This document shows positions 26,233-35,239 of a stretch of DNA of 64,000 bases, piece by piece. The DNA is from Candidatus Krumholzibacteriia bacterium (GTDB taxonomy: Bacteria; Krumholzibacteriota; Krumholzibacteriia; LZORAL124-64-63). The notes under the pieces were generated by a model, which did no database searches, was not told the DNA's origin, and worked only from the letters and a program-made list of their open reading frames with translations. The stretch lies in NCBI GenBank assembly GCA_963848505.1, contig CAWKEB010000002.1, positions 389,832 through 453,831 of the forward strand, written 5' to 3'. The translations under genes and the position numbers were made by a program. How positions within the stretch are numbered: position 1 is the first letter of the stretch; each line of letters begins with the position of its first letter.

Positions 26233-28332
26233 TCACAGGACTCGATAGACCAGGACCAGCACGACGAGCGAGGCGCTGGCGTACACCAGGTACGTCTGCA
26301 CCCGCCCGGTCTGGAGCCGGCGGAAACCCTCGCCGGCTCCCTGGAGCACGGCGGCGACGCCGTTGACGGCGCCGTCGACGACGAACCGGTCCATCAGCCC
26401 CGCCAGCGTGGACACGCCGCGGGTCAGGTAGCCGGTGCCGTTGACGATGCCGTCCACGACGTAGGTGTCGAAGGCGCGGCACATGGACGCCCACCAGAGG
26501 GTGAAGCGGTAGATCGTGGCCGCGTAGAGCTCATCGAAGAAGTACTGGCCCTGCAGCACCTTGTAGACCCCGTGGAGCGAGGCCTGCACCTTGGCGGTGT
26601 CGACCAGGCGGCGGTGGTAGACCAGGTAGCTGCCCAGGATGCCCAACGTCGCGACGATGATCGACATGGTCATGGCCCGCACGTGGGCGGTGTGGCGCAC
26701 GTCGTGGCCGCCGCCGTGGGCGGCCGCCGCCCCGTGGGCGGGCTCGCCGTAGGCGGTCTCGCCGTGGGCAGCCTCCGGCAGAGCCAGCACATGGGCGTCG
26801 GACGGGGCGGCCTCGAGGTGGAACTCGGCGCTGATCGCCGCCAGATCATAGGGCGCCACGAATCGCGAGAACCAGCCGTCGCTGGCGGTCTTCCAGCCCG
26901 CGGCCACGATGGACAGCACGGCCAGGATCATCAGCGGGATCGTCATGCTCCAGCCCGACTCGTGGGCGTGATCGTACCTGTGCTGGTCGCGCGGCTTGCC
27001 GAAGAAGGTCAGGAACACGATGCGGAACATGTAGAACGGCGTCAGCGCGGCGGCGGTGATGCCCAGGATGAACGGCAGGTAATGGCCGTCGGTCATGCCG
27101 AAGGCCAGGGTCGAGCCCAGGATGCCGTCCTTGGAGTAGAAGCCCGCGAACCCGGGCACGCCGCTGATGGCCAGGGTCGCGATCAGGAAGGTGATGAAGG
27201 TGATGGGCGTCTTCTTCCTGAGCCCGCCCATTTCCGGCATCTCCTGGCTGTGCACGGCGTGGATCACCGAACCGGCGCCCAGGAAGAGCAGGGCCTTGAA
27301 CATGGCGTGGGTCGTCAGGTGGAACATGCCGTTGGTGGAGTCGCCCGCGCCCAGGGACATGACCATGTAGCCCAGCTGGCTCAGGGTCGAGAAGGCCAGC
27401 ACCCGCTTGATGTCGGTCTTGACCAGGGCGATGGTCGCGGCGACGAAGGCCGTCACCGCCCCCACGTAGAGGATCACCAGCATCGCCGTCGGGCCGAACA
27501 GCGGTGCCAGTCGGGCCACCATGTAGACGCCGGCCGCGACCATGGTCGCCGCGTGGATCAGGGCCGAGACCGGGGTCGGGCCCTCCATGGCGTCGGGCAG
27601 CCAGATGTGCAGGGGCATCTGCGCCGACTTGCCCACGCAGCCCAGGAACAGGCCCACGCCCGCCCACGACAGCAGGGCACCCTTGATGGTGCCGGCGTGC
27701 ACGTGGGCGAAGAGCTCGAAGTAGTTGAGCGTGCCCGTGATGGTGAAGAAGGTCAGGATGCCCAGCCAGAAGCCGTAGTCGCCGACGCGGTTGGTCAGGA
27801 ACGCCTTCTTGTTGGCGTTGGCGGCCGAATGCTTGTGGAAGAAGAACCCGATCAGCAGGTAGCTGGCCAGGCCCACCAGCTCCCAGAACACGTAGAGGAA
27901 GAACAGGTTGTTCGCCAGCACGATGCCCAGCATCGAGAAGGTGAAGAAGCCCAGGAAGGCGAAGAATCGCTCGTAGCGGCGATCGCCGTGCATGTAACCG
28001 GTCGAGTAGAGGTGCACCAGGAAGCTGACGGTGCAGACCACCATCAGCATCACCGAAGTCATGCCGTCGACCAGGATGCCCGCGTCGACCTTGAAGCCCC
28101 CCAGGTCGATCCAGGTGAAGGCGCCCTCCACGCGGTGGGACGGGTCGCCGATCTTCCAGAAGGCCAGGAAGATACGGATCGCCAGCAGCTCGGCCACGCC
28201 CATCAGCGTGACGCCGATCCAGTCGCCCTGGCGCGGCAGCTTCTTCCCCAGGAAGAAGGTCAGCACGTAGCTCAGGAGCGGCAGCCCGAGGATGGCCAGC
28301 GCGGTATACAGGATGGCGTTGTCGCTCATCAC
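26233..28332 (-). CDS. nuoL: NADH-quinone oxidoreductase subunit L
   Basis: 699 aa with WLPDAMEGPTPVSALIHAATMV and a long C-terminal extension. The start is GTG 28332 or ATG 28329. Confidence 0.95.
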   Translation of the reverse strand: MMSDNAILYTALAILGLPLLSYVLTFFLGKKLPRQGDWIGVTLMGVAELLAIRIFLAFWKIGDPSHRVEGAFTWIDLGGFKVDAGILVDGMTSVMLMVVCTVSFLVHLYSTGYMHGDRRYERFFAFLGFFTFSMLGIVLANNLFFLYVFWELVGLASYLLIGFFFHKHSAANANKKAFLTNRVGDYGFWLGILTFFTITGTLNYFELFAHVHAGTIKGALLSWAGVGLFLGCVGKSAQMPLHIWLPDAMEGPTPVSALIHAATMVAAGVYMVARLAPLFGPTAMLVILYVGAVTAFVAATIALVKTDIKRVLAFSTLSQLGYMVMSLGAGDSTNGMFHLTTHAMFKALLFLGAGSVIHAVHSQEMPEMGGLRKKTPITFITFLIATLAISGVPGFAGFYSKDGILGSTLAFGMTDGHYLPFILGITAAALTPFYMFRIVFLTFFGKPRDQHRYDHAHESGWSMTIPLMILAVLSIVAAGWKTASDGWFSRFVAPYDLAAISAEFHLEAAPSDAHVLALPEAAHGETAYGEPAHGAAAAHGGGHDVRHTAHVRAMTMSIIVATLGILGSYLVYHRRLVDTAKVQASLHGVYKVLQGQYFFDELYAATIYRFTLWWASMCRAFDTYVVDGIVNGTGYLTRGVSTLAGLMDRFVVDGAVNGVAAVLQGAGEGFRRLQTGRVQTYLVYASASLVVLVLVYRVL

Positions 28333-28345
28333 CGGTACGTCTCCC

Positions 28346-28654
28346 TTATCGCTTCAGGCTCTGGGCGGCGTCGGCATGCACCGTCCCGAAGTTGCGGTAC
28401 ATGGCCAGCACGATGGCCAGGGCCACGGCGGCCTCGGCCGCCGCCAGCACGATGACGAAGGCGGCCATCATCTGGCCGTCGATCCCGTGTTCGACATGGC
28501 GGCTGAAGGCCACCAGGTTGATGTTCGAGGCGTTGAGCATCAGTTCGACGCCCATCAGGATGCCGACGGCGTTGCGCCGCGACATCACCGCGAACAGGCC
28601 CAGCGAGAACAGGGCCGCGCTGACGGTCAGGAAATGGGGCAGGCCGACGTTCAC
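28346..28654 (-). CDS. nuoK: NADH-quinone oxidoreductase subunit K
   Basis: 102 aa with MGVELMLNASNINLVAF. The GTG start overlaps the nuoJ stop (GTGA). Confidence 0.95.
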   Translation of the reverse strand: MNVGLPHFLTVSAALFSLGLFAVMSRRNAVGILMGVELMLNASNINLVAFSRHVEHGIDGQMMAAFVIVLAAAEAAVALAIVLAMYRNFGTVHADAAQSLKR

Positions 28655-29184
28655 GACGACACCTCCCGGTCGGCGGCCTCGCCGTCGACGTCACCGTTGT
28701 GGCGCTCGCGGATCAGCAGCGCCGCGCCGACCATCGCCGCCAGCAGCACCAGCGACACGTACTCGAAGGGGAAGATGTAGTCGGTCATGAAGTTGGTGCC
28801 GATCTCGGCCGTGGTCGGCTGCGCCGGCAGGGCGCGGCCGCCCCAGTTCACCGCGGTGATCGCCTTGTAGAGCAGCGCGAAGACGGCGACCGCGAACACC
28901 GCCGCCGGCACGTAGCGGTCCAGCCCGTGGCGGCGCTTGCCGTGCTGCGGCACCCGGGTCATCATCACCGTGAACAGCACCAGCACCAGCACGCCGCCCA
29001 CGTAGACCATGACCTGGGTCACGGCGATGAAGTCGGCGCCCAGGTAGGCATAGAGGCCCGCCGCGCCCAGCAGCGTGAACAGCAGCGCGAAGCCGGCGTG
29101 CACGATGTTGGGGCTGAACACGACCCACACCGCCGGCACGACCGTCAGCAGGGCCAGGGCCACGAAGATCAGGTCGGTGATCAC
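28651..29184 (-). CDS. nuoJ: NADH-quinone oxidoreductase subunit J
   Basis: The GTG at 29184 follows AAGGAG and overlaps the nuoI stop (GTGA). It encodes a 177-aa membrane protein. The longer track ORF is an over-extension into nuoI. Confidence 0.9.
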   Translation of the reverse strand: MITDLIFVALALLTVVPAVWVVFSPNIVHAGFALLFTLLGAAGLYAYLGADFIAVTQVMVYVGGVLVLVLFTVMMTRVPQHGKRRHGLDRYVPAAVFAVAVFALLYKAITAVNWGGRALPAQPTTAEIGTNFMTDYIFPFEYVSLVLLAAMVGAALLIRERHNGDVDGEAADREVSS

Positions 29185-29681
29185 GCGTCGTCTCCTTTGC
29201 CGTCGGGCTTGTCTTCCTTCGGCTCCACCCACCAGCCCTGGTCGATGCGGGTCTGGCGGTGACAGGGGATCTTCTGCTCGTTCGGGTCCATGAACTCGTA
29301 GACCAGCGACCGGCGGTCGTAGACCGAGTGGTCGTAGTCGTGGCTCATGGTGATCGAGCCGGTGTGGCAGTTCTCGGTGCAGAGCGAGCACCAGATGCAC
29401 TTGTTGTAGTCGATGGCGTAGCGAATCATCAGGCGATCCTTGCCCTTGCCCTCGGTCTCGATGTAGATGCAGTCGACCGGGCAGAGCTTCGCGCAGATGT
29501 TGCACGCGTCGCAGGTGGTCGTGTCGTTGTGCACGAAACCGCGGAAGCGCTCGGGCATGACCTGGCGCTCGTCCGGGTACTGCAGCGTCACCGGCTTCGT
29601 CCAGATGTGCTTGATGGTGATGCCCATGCCCTGCACGGCCGAGCCCACCGCCTGCACCATGTCCGCGAAGTACTGGACCAT
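29181..29681 (-). CDS. nuoI: NADH-quinone oxidoreductase subunit I (2x[4Fe-4S])
   Basis: Two ferredoxin motifs are present: CDACNICAKLCP and CIWCSLCTENCH. Confidence 0.95.
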   Translation of the reverse strand: MVQYFADMVQAVGSAVQGMGITIKHIWTKPVTLQYPDERQVMPERFRGFVHNDTTTCDACNICAKLCPVDCIYIETEGKGKDRLMIRYAIDYNKCIWCSLCTENCHTGSITMSHDYDHSVYDRRSLVYEFMDPNEQKIPCHRQTRIDQGWWVEPKEDKPDGKGDDA

Positions 29682-29714
29682 CTGCTGCCTCTCTTTATGC
29701 TGAGGCGCCGCCGC

Positions 29715-30764
29715 TCAACCGGCGGCGCCGCTGGCCATCATCCAGATGCCCGCACCCACCGTGCAGACCAGCGCGGCGGGGATCATCACCTTCCAGCACA
29801 GGTGCATCAGCTGGTCGACGCGCACGCGCGGCAGCGTCCAGCGGACCCACATGTTCAGGAAGACCATCAGCACGCCCTTGATCACGAAGGTCAGGGCGGC
29901 CGGCAAAAAGTCCAGACCCGGGATCGGCGACCACCAGCCGCCCAGGAACAGCATCACCGCGATCACCGAGACCAGGAACAGGTTGGCGTACTCCGCCAGG
30001 AAGAAGAAGGCGAAGCGCATGCCCGTGTACTCGGTGTGGTAGCCGGCGACCAGCTCCGACTCCGTCTCCGGCATGTCGAAGGGGCCGCGGTTGGTCTCGG
30101 CGATCGACGCGATGAAGTACAGGAAGAAGGACACGAACAGGAACGGGTTGCGGAAGACGAACCAGTTCCAGATGCCGCCCTGCTGGGCGATCACGATGTC
30201 CTGGGTGTTCAGCGAGCCGGTGTACATGACCACCGGGATCGCGGCCAGGGCCAGGGGGATCTCGTAGCTGACCATCTGCGCCGCGCCGCGCGCCGCGCCG
30301 TACAGGGCCCACTTGTTGTTGCTGGCCCAGCCCGCCATCAGGATGCCGATGATCACCATGCTGCTGACGGCGAAGATGTAGAACAGGCCCAGGTCCAGGT
30401 CCGCGGCCACGAAGCCCGGCGCCCAGGGGATCGCCGCCCAGGCCAGCAGCGAGCCCAGCAGCACCAGGATCGGCGCGAACACGAACAGGCCCTTGTCGGC
30501 CTCGGCGGGGATGATGTCCTCCTTGCCGAGGATCTTCAGCATGTCGGCCACGGCCTGGGCCCAGCCCTGCCAGCGGCCGGTGCGCATGGGCCCCCAGCGG
30601 CTCTGCAGGAAGGCCGCGACCTTGCGCTCCATCCAGGTGAAGATGATGGCGCAGAGGGCCATGACGGTGAACATCAGGGTCGCCATGATCGCGGCGACGG
30701 TGACGTGCGCGCCCGTCGCGCCCAGGCCGGCCTTGTCCATGAAGAACGCGTACATGGCTTCCAT
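29715..30764 (-). CDS. nuoH: NADH-quinone oxidoreductase subunit H
   Basis: 349 aa with ERKVAAFLQSRWGP. The start overlaps the nuoD stop (ATGA). Confidence 0.95.
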   Translation of the reverse strand: MEAMYAFFMDKAGLGATGAHVTVAAIMATLMFTVMALCAIIFTWMERKVAAFLQSRWGPMRTGRWQGWAQAVADMLKILGKEDIIPAEADKGLFVFAPILVLLGSLLAWAAIPWAPGFVAADLDLGLFYIFAVSSMVIIGILMAGWASNNKWALYGAARGAAQMVSYEIPLALAAIPVVMYTGSLNTQDIVIAQQGGIWNWFVFRNPFLFVSFFLYFIASIAETNRGPFDMPETESELVAGYHTEYTGMRFAFFFLAEYANLFLVSVIAVMLFLGGWWSPIPGLDFLPAALTFVIKGVLMVFLNMWVRWTLPRVRVDQLMHLCWKVMIPAALVCTVGAGIWMMASGAAG

Positions 30765-31942
30765 CAGCGGTCGATCTCCCCGAGTACGATGTCCAGCGAA
30801 CCGACGGTGGCGACCAGGTCGGACACCATCAGGCCCACGCCGACCTTCTCGATCACCTGCAGGTTGCAGAATGAGCAGGAGCGAACCTTGTTGCGGAAGG
30901 GCTTCTGGCCGCCGTCGGCGATGATGTAGTGGCCCAGCTCGCCCTTGGCGGTCTCGGTGCGGGTGAAGGCCGCGCCGGCGGGCACGCGCACCGGCTTCTT
31001 CAGCTCGATGCTCTGGTAGGGGCCGTCCGGCAGCTGCTCCAGCACCTGGCGGATCAGCCGGCAGCTCTGCTCGATCTCCCGCACGCGCACGATGTAGCGG
31101 TCCCAGCAGTCGCCCACGGTGCCCATCTCGCCCATGCCGACCGGCACCTCGAAGTCGAACTTCGAGTACAGCGAGTAGGGGTCGTCCTTGCGGCAGTCCC
31201 AGTTGACGCCCGAGCCGCGCAGCACCGGTCCGGTGCAGCCGTAGGCGAAGGCGTCAGCCCTGGAGATGACGCCCACGTCGGCCGTGCGCTCGATGAAGAT
31301 CTTGTTGTAGGTGAGCAGGGTGTTGTAGTCGGGCAGCTTCTTCTTCTCCATCATGGTCACGAACTCGAGCACGTCGTGCACCCAGTTGTCGGCGGGCAGG
31401 TCGTAGCGCACGCCGCCGGGCACCATGTAGTTGTAGAGCATGCGGCCGCCGGCGATGCGCTCCAGCAGGTTGAGGATCTCCTCGCGCTCGCGGAAGCAGT
31501 ACAGCAGCGGCGTCCAGGCCCCCATGTCCAGGCCGAAGGTGGCCAGGGCGATCAGGTGGCTGGCGATGCGCGAGAGCTCGGCCGTGGCGATGCGCAGGTG
31601 CTCGGCGCGGGCCGGGACCTCGATCTGGCCCAGCTTCTCCACCGCGGTCACGTAGGTGTGGTTGCAGGTCACGGGCGCCAGGTAGTCGAAGCGGTCGGTG
31701 TAGACCACCCACTGCTTGTAGTCGACGCCCTCGGCGATCTTCTCGGCGCAGCGGTGCAGGTAGCCCAGCACCGGCGTGACCTTGTAGACGATCTCGCCGT
31801 CGGTGTGCAGCAGCAGGCGCAGCACGCCGTGGGTGGCCGGGTGCTGGGGGCCCATGTTCAGCTCGAGCAGCTCGCTCTTGATGCCCGGCACCTGGTCCTG
31901 GTCGGCCCAGCCGCGCTTGCCGTTGGTCAGGTTGCTCGCCAT
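30764..31942 (-). CDS. nuoD: NADH-quinone oxidoreductase subunit D
   Basis: ATG at 31942 gives ...LNMGPQHPATHGVLRL.... The 694-aa track ORF is an over-extension through nuoC. Confidence 0.95.
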   Translation of the reverse strand: MASNLTNGKRGWADQDQVPGIKSELLELNMGPQHPATHGVLRLLLHTDGEIVYKVTPVLGYLHRCAEKIAEGVDYKQWVVYTDRFDYLAPVTCNHTYVTAVEKLGQIEVPARAEHLRIATAELSRIASHLIALATFGLDMGAWTPLLYCFREREEILNLLERIAGGRMLYNYMVPGGVRYDLPADNWVHDVLEFVTMMEKKKLPDYNTLLTYNKIFIERTADVGVISRADAFAYGCTGPVLRGSGVNWDCRKDDPYSLYSKFDFEVPVGMGEMGTVGDCWDRYIVRVREIEQSCRLIRQVLEQLPDGPYQSIELKKPVRVPAGAAFTRTETAKGELGHYIIADGGQKPFRNKVRSCSFCNLQVIEKVGVGLMVSDLVATVGSLDIVLGEIDR

Positions 31943-31944
31943 GC

Positions 31945-32580
31945 TCAGCCCTCCGCCGGGGTGTCGCCGCCCGCGGGCGCGTCCGCCGCCGGGGCAAAGG
32001 GGTTCTTGCTGTAGGGCTGGCCCTGCAGGGGCACGCCCGACCAGGAGCCGGGCATCACGTAGTCCTTGCGCAGGGGATGGCCCACCCAGTCCTCCTCCAG
32101 CAGCATGCGCCGCAGGTCGGGATGGCCGGCGAAGCGGATGCCCAGCAGGTCCCAGGCCTCGCGCTCGTGCCAACTGGCGGTCGCCCACACGCCCGACACC
32201 GTGGGCACGGAGTTCGCGGCCCGCGGCATGCGCACGCGCAGGGTGAACTTGTGCCGCTGCCCGTGGCTGAACAGGTGGTAGGCCACGCCCAGGTCGCCGT
32301 CGGCCACGCGGTCGCTGGCCTCGGGGGTGCCGTCGTCCTGGTAACCCAGGATGGCCACCGACTTGCCCTTGCCGTTCTCGTCGTAGCCGTCCCAGTCCAG
32401 GCCCGACAGGCACATCAGCTGGTTGCAGTCCAGGCGCGGGTCGTCGCGCAGGAAGGTGCAGGCCCTGGCGATGTCCGCCGTGGCGATCTCGGCCCAGGGC
32501 TCGAGCGGATCCTCGTGGAAGGCGATCGCCCCGGCACCGAGGTGCCCGGCAAGGAGGTCGTAGATGGCTTTGTGCTCCAT
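31945..32580 (-). CDS. nuoC: NADH-quinone oxidoreductase subunit C
   Basis: A 211-aa 30-kDa-subunit-like protein sitting between nuoB and nuoD. Confidence 0.9.
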   Translation of the reverse strand: MEHKAIYDLLAGHLGAGAIAFHEDPLEPWAEIATADIARACTFLRDDPRLDCNQLMCLSGLDWDGYDENGKGKSVAILGYQDDGTPEASDRVADGDLGVAYHLFSHGQRHKFTLRVRMPRAANSVPTVSGVWATASWHEREAWDLLGIRFAGHPDLRRMLLEEDWVGHPLRKDYVMPGSWSGVPLQGQPYSKNPFAPAADAPAGGDTPAEG

Positions 32581-32601
32581 GGTTCGCTCCGGGCCTTTCC
32601 G

Positions 32602-33216
32602 CTACTTGCGGTAGGGGATCTTCTTGGCGTAGTCCTGCACCCACTTGGGGGCCACGAAGCGGCCCTTGCGACCGCGGATCTTGTCCTGCAGGCGCATCAG
32701 GCCCTCCAGCAGCACCTCGGGGCGGGGCGGGCAGCCGGGCACGTACACGTCCACCGGGACGATGAAGTCCACGCCCTTGACCACGTGGTAGCCGTACTTG
32801 AAGTAGGGGCCGCCGCCGATGGCGCAGCTGCCCATGGCGATGACCCACTTCGGTTCCGGCATCTGGTCGTAGATCAGCTTCAGCCGCTTGGCCATCTTCC
32901 CCGTGACCGTGCCCGAGACGATCATCAGGTCGGCCTGGCGCGGGGTCGCACGGAAGGCTCCGGCGCCGAAACGGTCGATGTCATAACGGGTTGCGCTGGT
33001 GGCCATCATCTCGATGGCGCAGCAGGCCAGGCCGAAGGTCACCGGCCAGATGCTCGACAGCCGGGCCCAGTTGAAGACCTCGTCGACGGTGGTCAGGATG
33101 AAGTTCTTGGCGTCGGTCTCGACGACCTCCAGCAGCTGCTGGTCGACGTCGAACGAGAGCATGTTCTCCCGGGAAACGTCGTAGCCCTCGGGGGGCGTGG
33201 TGCTGTCCCTGCTCAC
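32602..33216 (-). CDS. nuoB: NADH-quinone oxidoreductase subunit B
   Basis: Motifs [15 protein letters not shown] and VPGCPPRPE are present. The GTG start overlaps the nuoA stop. Confidence 0.95.
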   Translation of the reverse strand: MSRDSTTPPEGYDVSRENMLSFDVDQQLLEVVETDAKNFILTTVDEVFNWARLSSIWPVTFGLACCAIEMMATSATRYDIDRFGAGAFRATPRQADLMIVSGTVTGKMAKRLKLIYDQMPEPKWVIAMGSCAIGGGPYFKYGYHVVKGVDFIVPVDVYVPGCPPRPEVLLEGLMRLQDKIRGRKGRFVAPKWVQDYAKKIPYRK

Positions 33217-33698
33217 GGTGCCGTGACCTCCTCGTCGACCGGCGCGGCGACCGGGGCGGTCCCCTGCGGACGGTCGATGAGCTGCTTGACCCAGTCGAGA
33301 TCACCCTTGACCCACACGTAGGCCAGGCCCAGGGTGAGGATCGCCAGGAAGATGACCATCTCCCAGAAGACGATGGCGCCCAGGCCGGGCACCGGGAAGA
33401 GCTGCTTGAAGACGACCGCCCACGGGTACAGGAAGATGGTCTCCACGTCGAAGACGATGAAGAACAGGGCGATCAGGTAGAAGCGGACGTTGAAGCGCAC
33501 CCAGGAGGAACCCCGGGGCAGCTCGCCGCATTCATAGGTGGTCAGCTTGTTGGGATTCGGGGCGCTGGGGCGCAGCAGCTTGGCGATGCCGAGGGCCAGG
33601 CCCGCGAACGCGAAGCCGACCAGGACGAAGACCAGGACGGTGCCGAAATGCCCGGTGACACTCGCGTCCACGGCCCCCCAGGGGAGCGTCATAGTCAT
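33213..33698 (-). CDS. nuoA: NADH-quinone oxidoreductase subunit A
   Basis: ATG at 33698. Motifs are YECGE...[14 protein letters not shown]. It has a C-terminal extension. Confidence 0.9.
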   Translation of the reverse strand: MTMTLPWGAVDASVTGHFGTVLVFVLVGFAFAGLALGIAKLLRPSAPNPNKLTTYECGELPRGSSWVRFNVRFYLIALFFIVFDVETIFLYPWAVVFKQLFPVPGLGAIVFWEMVIFLAILTLGLAYVWVKGDLDWVKQLIDRPQGTAPVAAPVDEEVTAP

Positions 33699-33848
33699 GG
33701 CAGATCCCGGTTTCCGTTTGGTCCGGAGCAACCCCGGACCGTCAGCGTGGAAAAGGTCGGGCCACCCCGCAGGGCACCCGGCCGGGATGCGGCCCACCTG
33801 TTAAAGTGGACCAATTGAGTTGACGAAAATTCGACAACTGCGTAGCGA

Positions 33849-33877
33849 ATTACATATTTAGCATACTGGTGTGTCAA
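33849..33877 (-). promoter_or_regulatory. candidate sigma70 promoter of the nuo operon (TTGACA-N17-TGTAAT)
   Basis: Read on the minus strand in the AT-richer spacer, about 145 nt upstream of the nuoA ATG. Confidence 0.45.
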
Positions 33878-33933
33878 GGAATGATTGGTTGCGGGAAGCC
33901 CCGCTTGGAGTTAGGGACGCGGAGGCAGGAACG

Positions 33934-34368
33934 GTGCTCAGGATCATCGCCGTCGGAAGGATGAAGGACGCCCGTCTGGGCGATCTGCTGGAGGATTACC
34001 TGCGGCGGATCCGCCCCCTGGCCCCCGTGGAAATGATCGAGTTGAAGGACAGCGACCCGGCCCGGGAGGGTCGGGACATGGCCGCCCGCCTGGGCTCGGC
34101 CCGGGGCAGCGAGCTGACCGTGGCCCTGGACGAGCACGGCGAGGACCTCAGCAGCACCGATCTGGCCGCGCTGCTGGGGCAGCACGGCAGCATCGCCTTC
34201 CTGGTCGGCGGCGCCGACGGCCTGGGGCCCGCCGCCCGCGAACGCGCCGACCGCACCCTGCGCCTGTCCAGCCTGACCCTGACCCACGAGATGGCCAGGA
34301 TGCTGCTGGCCGAACAGATCTACCGGGGCCTGAGCATCCTGCGCGGCCGGCCCTACCACCGGGCTTAA
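33934..34368 (+). CDS. rlmH: 23S rRNA (pseudouridine1915-N3)-methyltransferase RlmH
   Basis: SPOUT motifs are present: IIAVGRMK..., GGADGL, LRLSSLTLTHEMARMLLAEQIYRG and RGRPYHR. GTG 33934 follows GGAGG and was chosen over the upstream ATG at 33871. Confidence 0.85.
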   Translation: MLRIIAVGRMKDARLGDLLEDYLRRIRPLAPVEMIELKDSDPAREGRDMAARLGSARGSELTVALDEHGEDLSSTDLAALLGQHGSIAFLVGGADGLGPAARERADRTLRLSSLTLTHEMARMLLAEQIYRGLSILRGRPYHRA

Positions 34369-34463
34369 GCGGCGACGAATCGCTGGGCTGGGCCCGCACG
34401 ATGATTTATACTGGCCGGCGGACATGACCGACAGAGTCCCCGCGGACCCCAGGAGACGCAACG

Positions 34464-35216
34464 ATGCCCATTTCCGCCCCCGCGACCAGGTTCGCCGCCG
34501 TCTGCGCCCTGGTCTGCGCCGTGCTGCTGGCCGCGGCCGCACCGGCGGCGACCCTGGATCTGACCGGCCCCGCCGGCACCGCCATCAAGGTCAACGGGCT
34601 TGACCTGGGCACGCTGCCGTTGGCCAAGCCCCTGACCCTGGGCCCCGGGGCCTACCTGGTCGAGGGCGAACTGCGGGGCTTCGTAGCCTTCAGCCGCACC
34701 CTGCGCCTGGCCGACGACAACGACCACGTGGCGCTGTACGTGCGCCTGGACCGGCTCAGCCGCAAGACGGCCTGGACCAGCAGCGTGCTCTACGCCGGCC
34801 TGGGCCAGTTCTACCTGGACAAGCCGGTGCGGGGCTGGTTCTACGTGGCGGCCGAGAGCGCGGGGCTGCTGACGGCCCTGGCCGGCGAGCTGCAGCGCAG
34901 CAACTACCGCTCCGATTACCTGGTGCTGCAGGACGCCTACGACACGACCATCAACGCCGACGAGGCCCTCTACTACAAGCAGCAGGCCGACCAGGCCTAC
35001 GCGAACATGGAAGATGCCGCAAAGCTGCGCGACACCGGGCTGCTGGTGGCCCTGGGGGCCATCACCGTCAGCGTGCTGGATGCCCTGATCACCTTCCCCC
35101 AGGTGGACGCCGGGCCGGGCCCGGTGCCGCCGGTCACCGGCTGGGCGCCCTCGCTGCCGACCGCGCCGGGCAACCCCCTGACCACCGTGCACGCGGCCGT
35201 GAAGCTGACCTTCTGA
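34464..35216 (+). CDS. secreted/membrane hypothetical protein (PEGA-like N-terminal domain, GLGQFY membrane segment)
   Basis: AGGAGA lies upstream. There is a signal peptide, a PEGA-like stretch (AIKVNGLDLGTLP) and VLYAGLGQFYLDKPVRGWFYV. Confidence 0.6.
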   Translation: MPISAPATRFAAVCALVCAVLLAAAAPAATLDLTGPAGTAIKVNGLDLGTLPLAKPLTLGPGAYLVEGELRGFVAFSRTLRLADDNDHVALYVRLDRLSRKTAWTSSVLYAGLGQFYLDKPVRGWFYVAAESAGLLTALAGELQRSNYRSDYLVLQDAYDTTINADEALYYKQQADQAYANMEDAAKLRDTGLLVALGAITVSVLDALITFPQVDAGPGPVPPVTGWAPSLPTAPGNPLTTVHAAVKLTF

Positions 35217-35239
35217 ACGGGATGAGGAGCCGAGACCCC

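Noticed and set aside
22177-28455. 2092-aa plus-strand ORF, the longest in the track
   Set aside because: Only its first roughly 230 codons coincide with the AbiEii-like frame. The rest is His/Gln/Arg/Gly-rich nonsense antisense to nuoN, nuoM and nuoL, which have unmistakable motifs on the minus strand.
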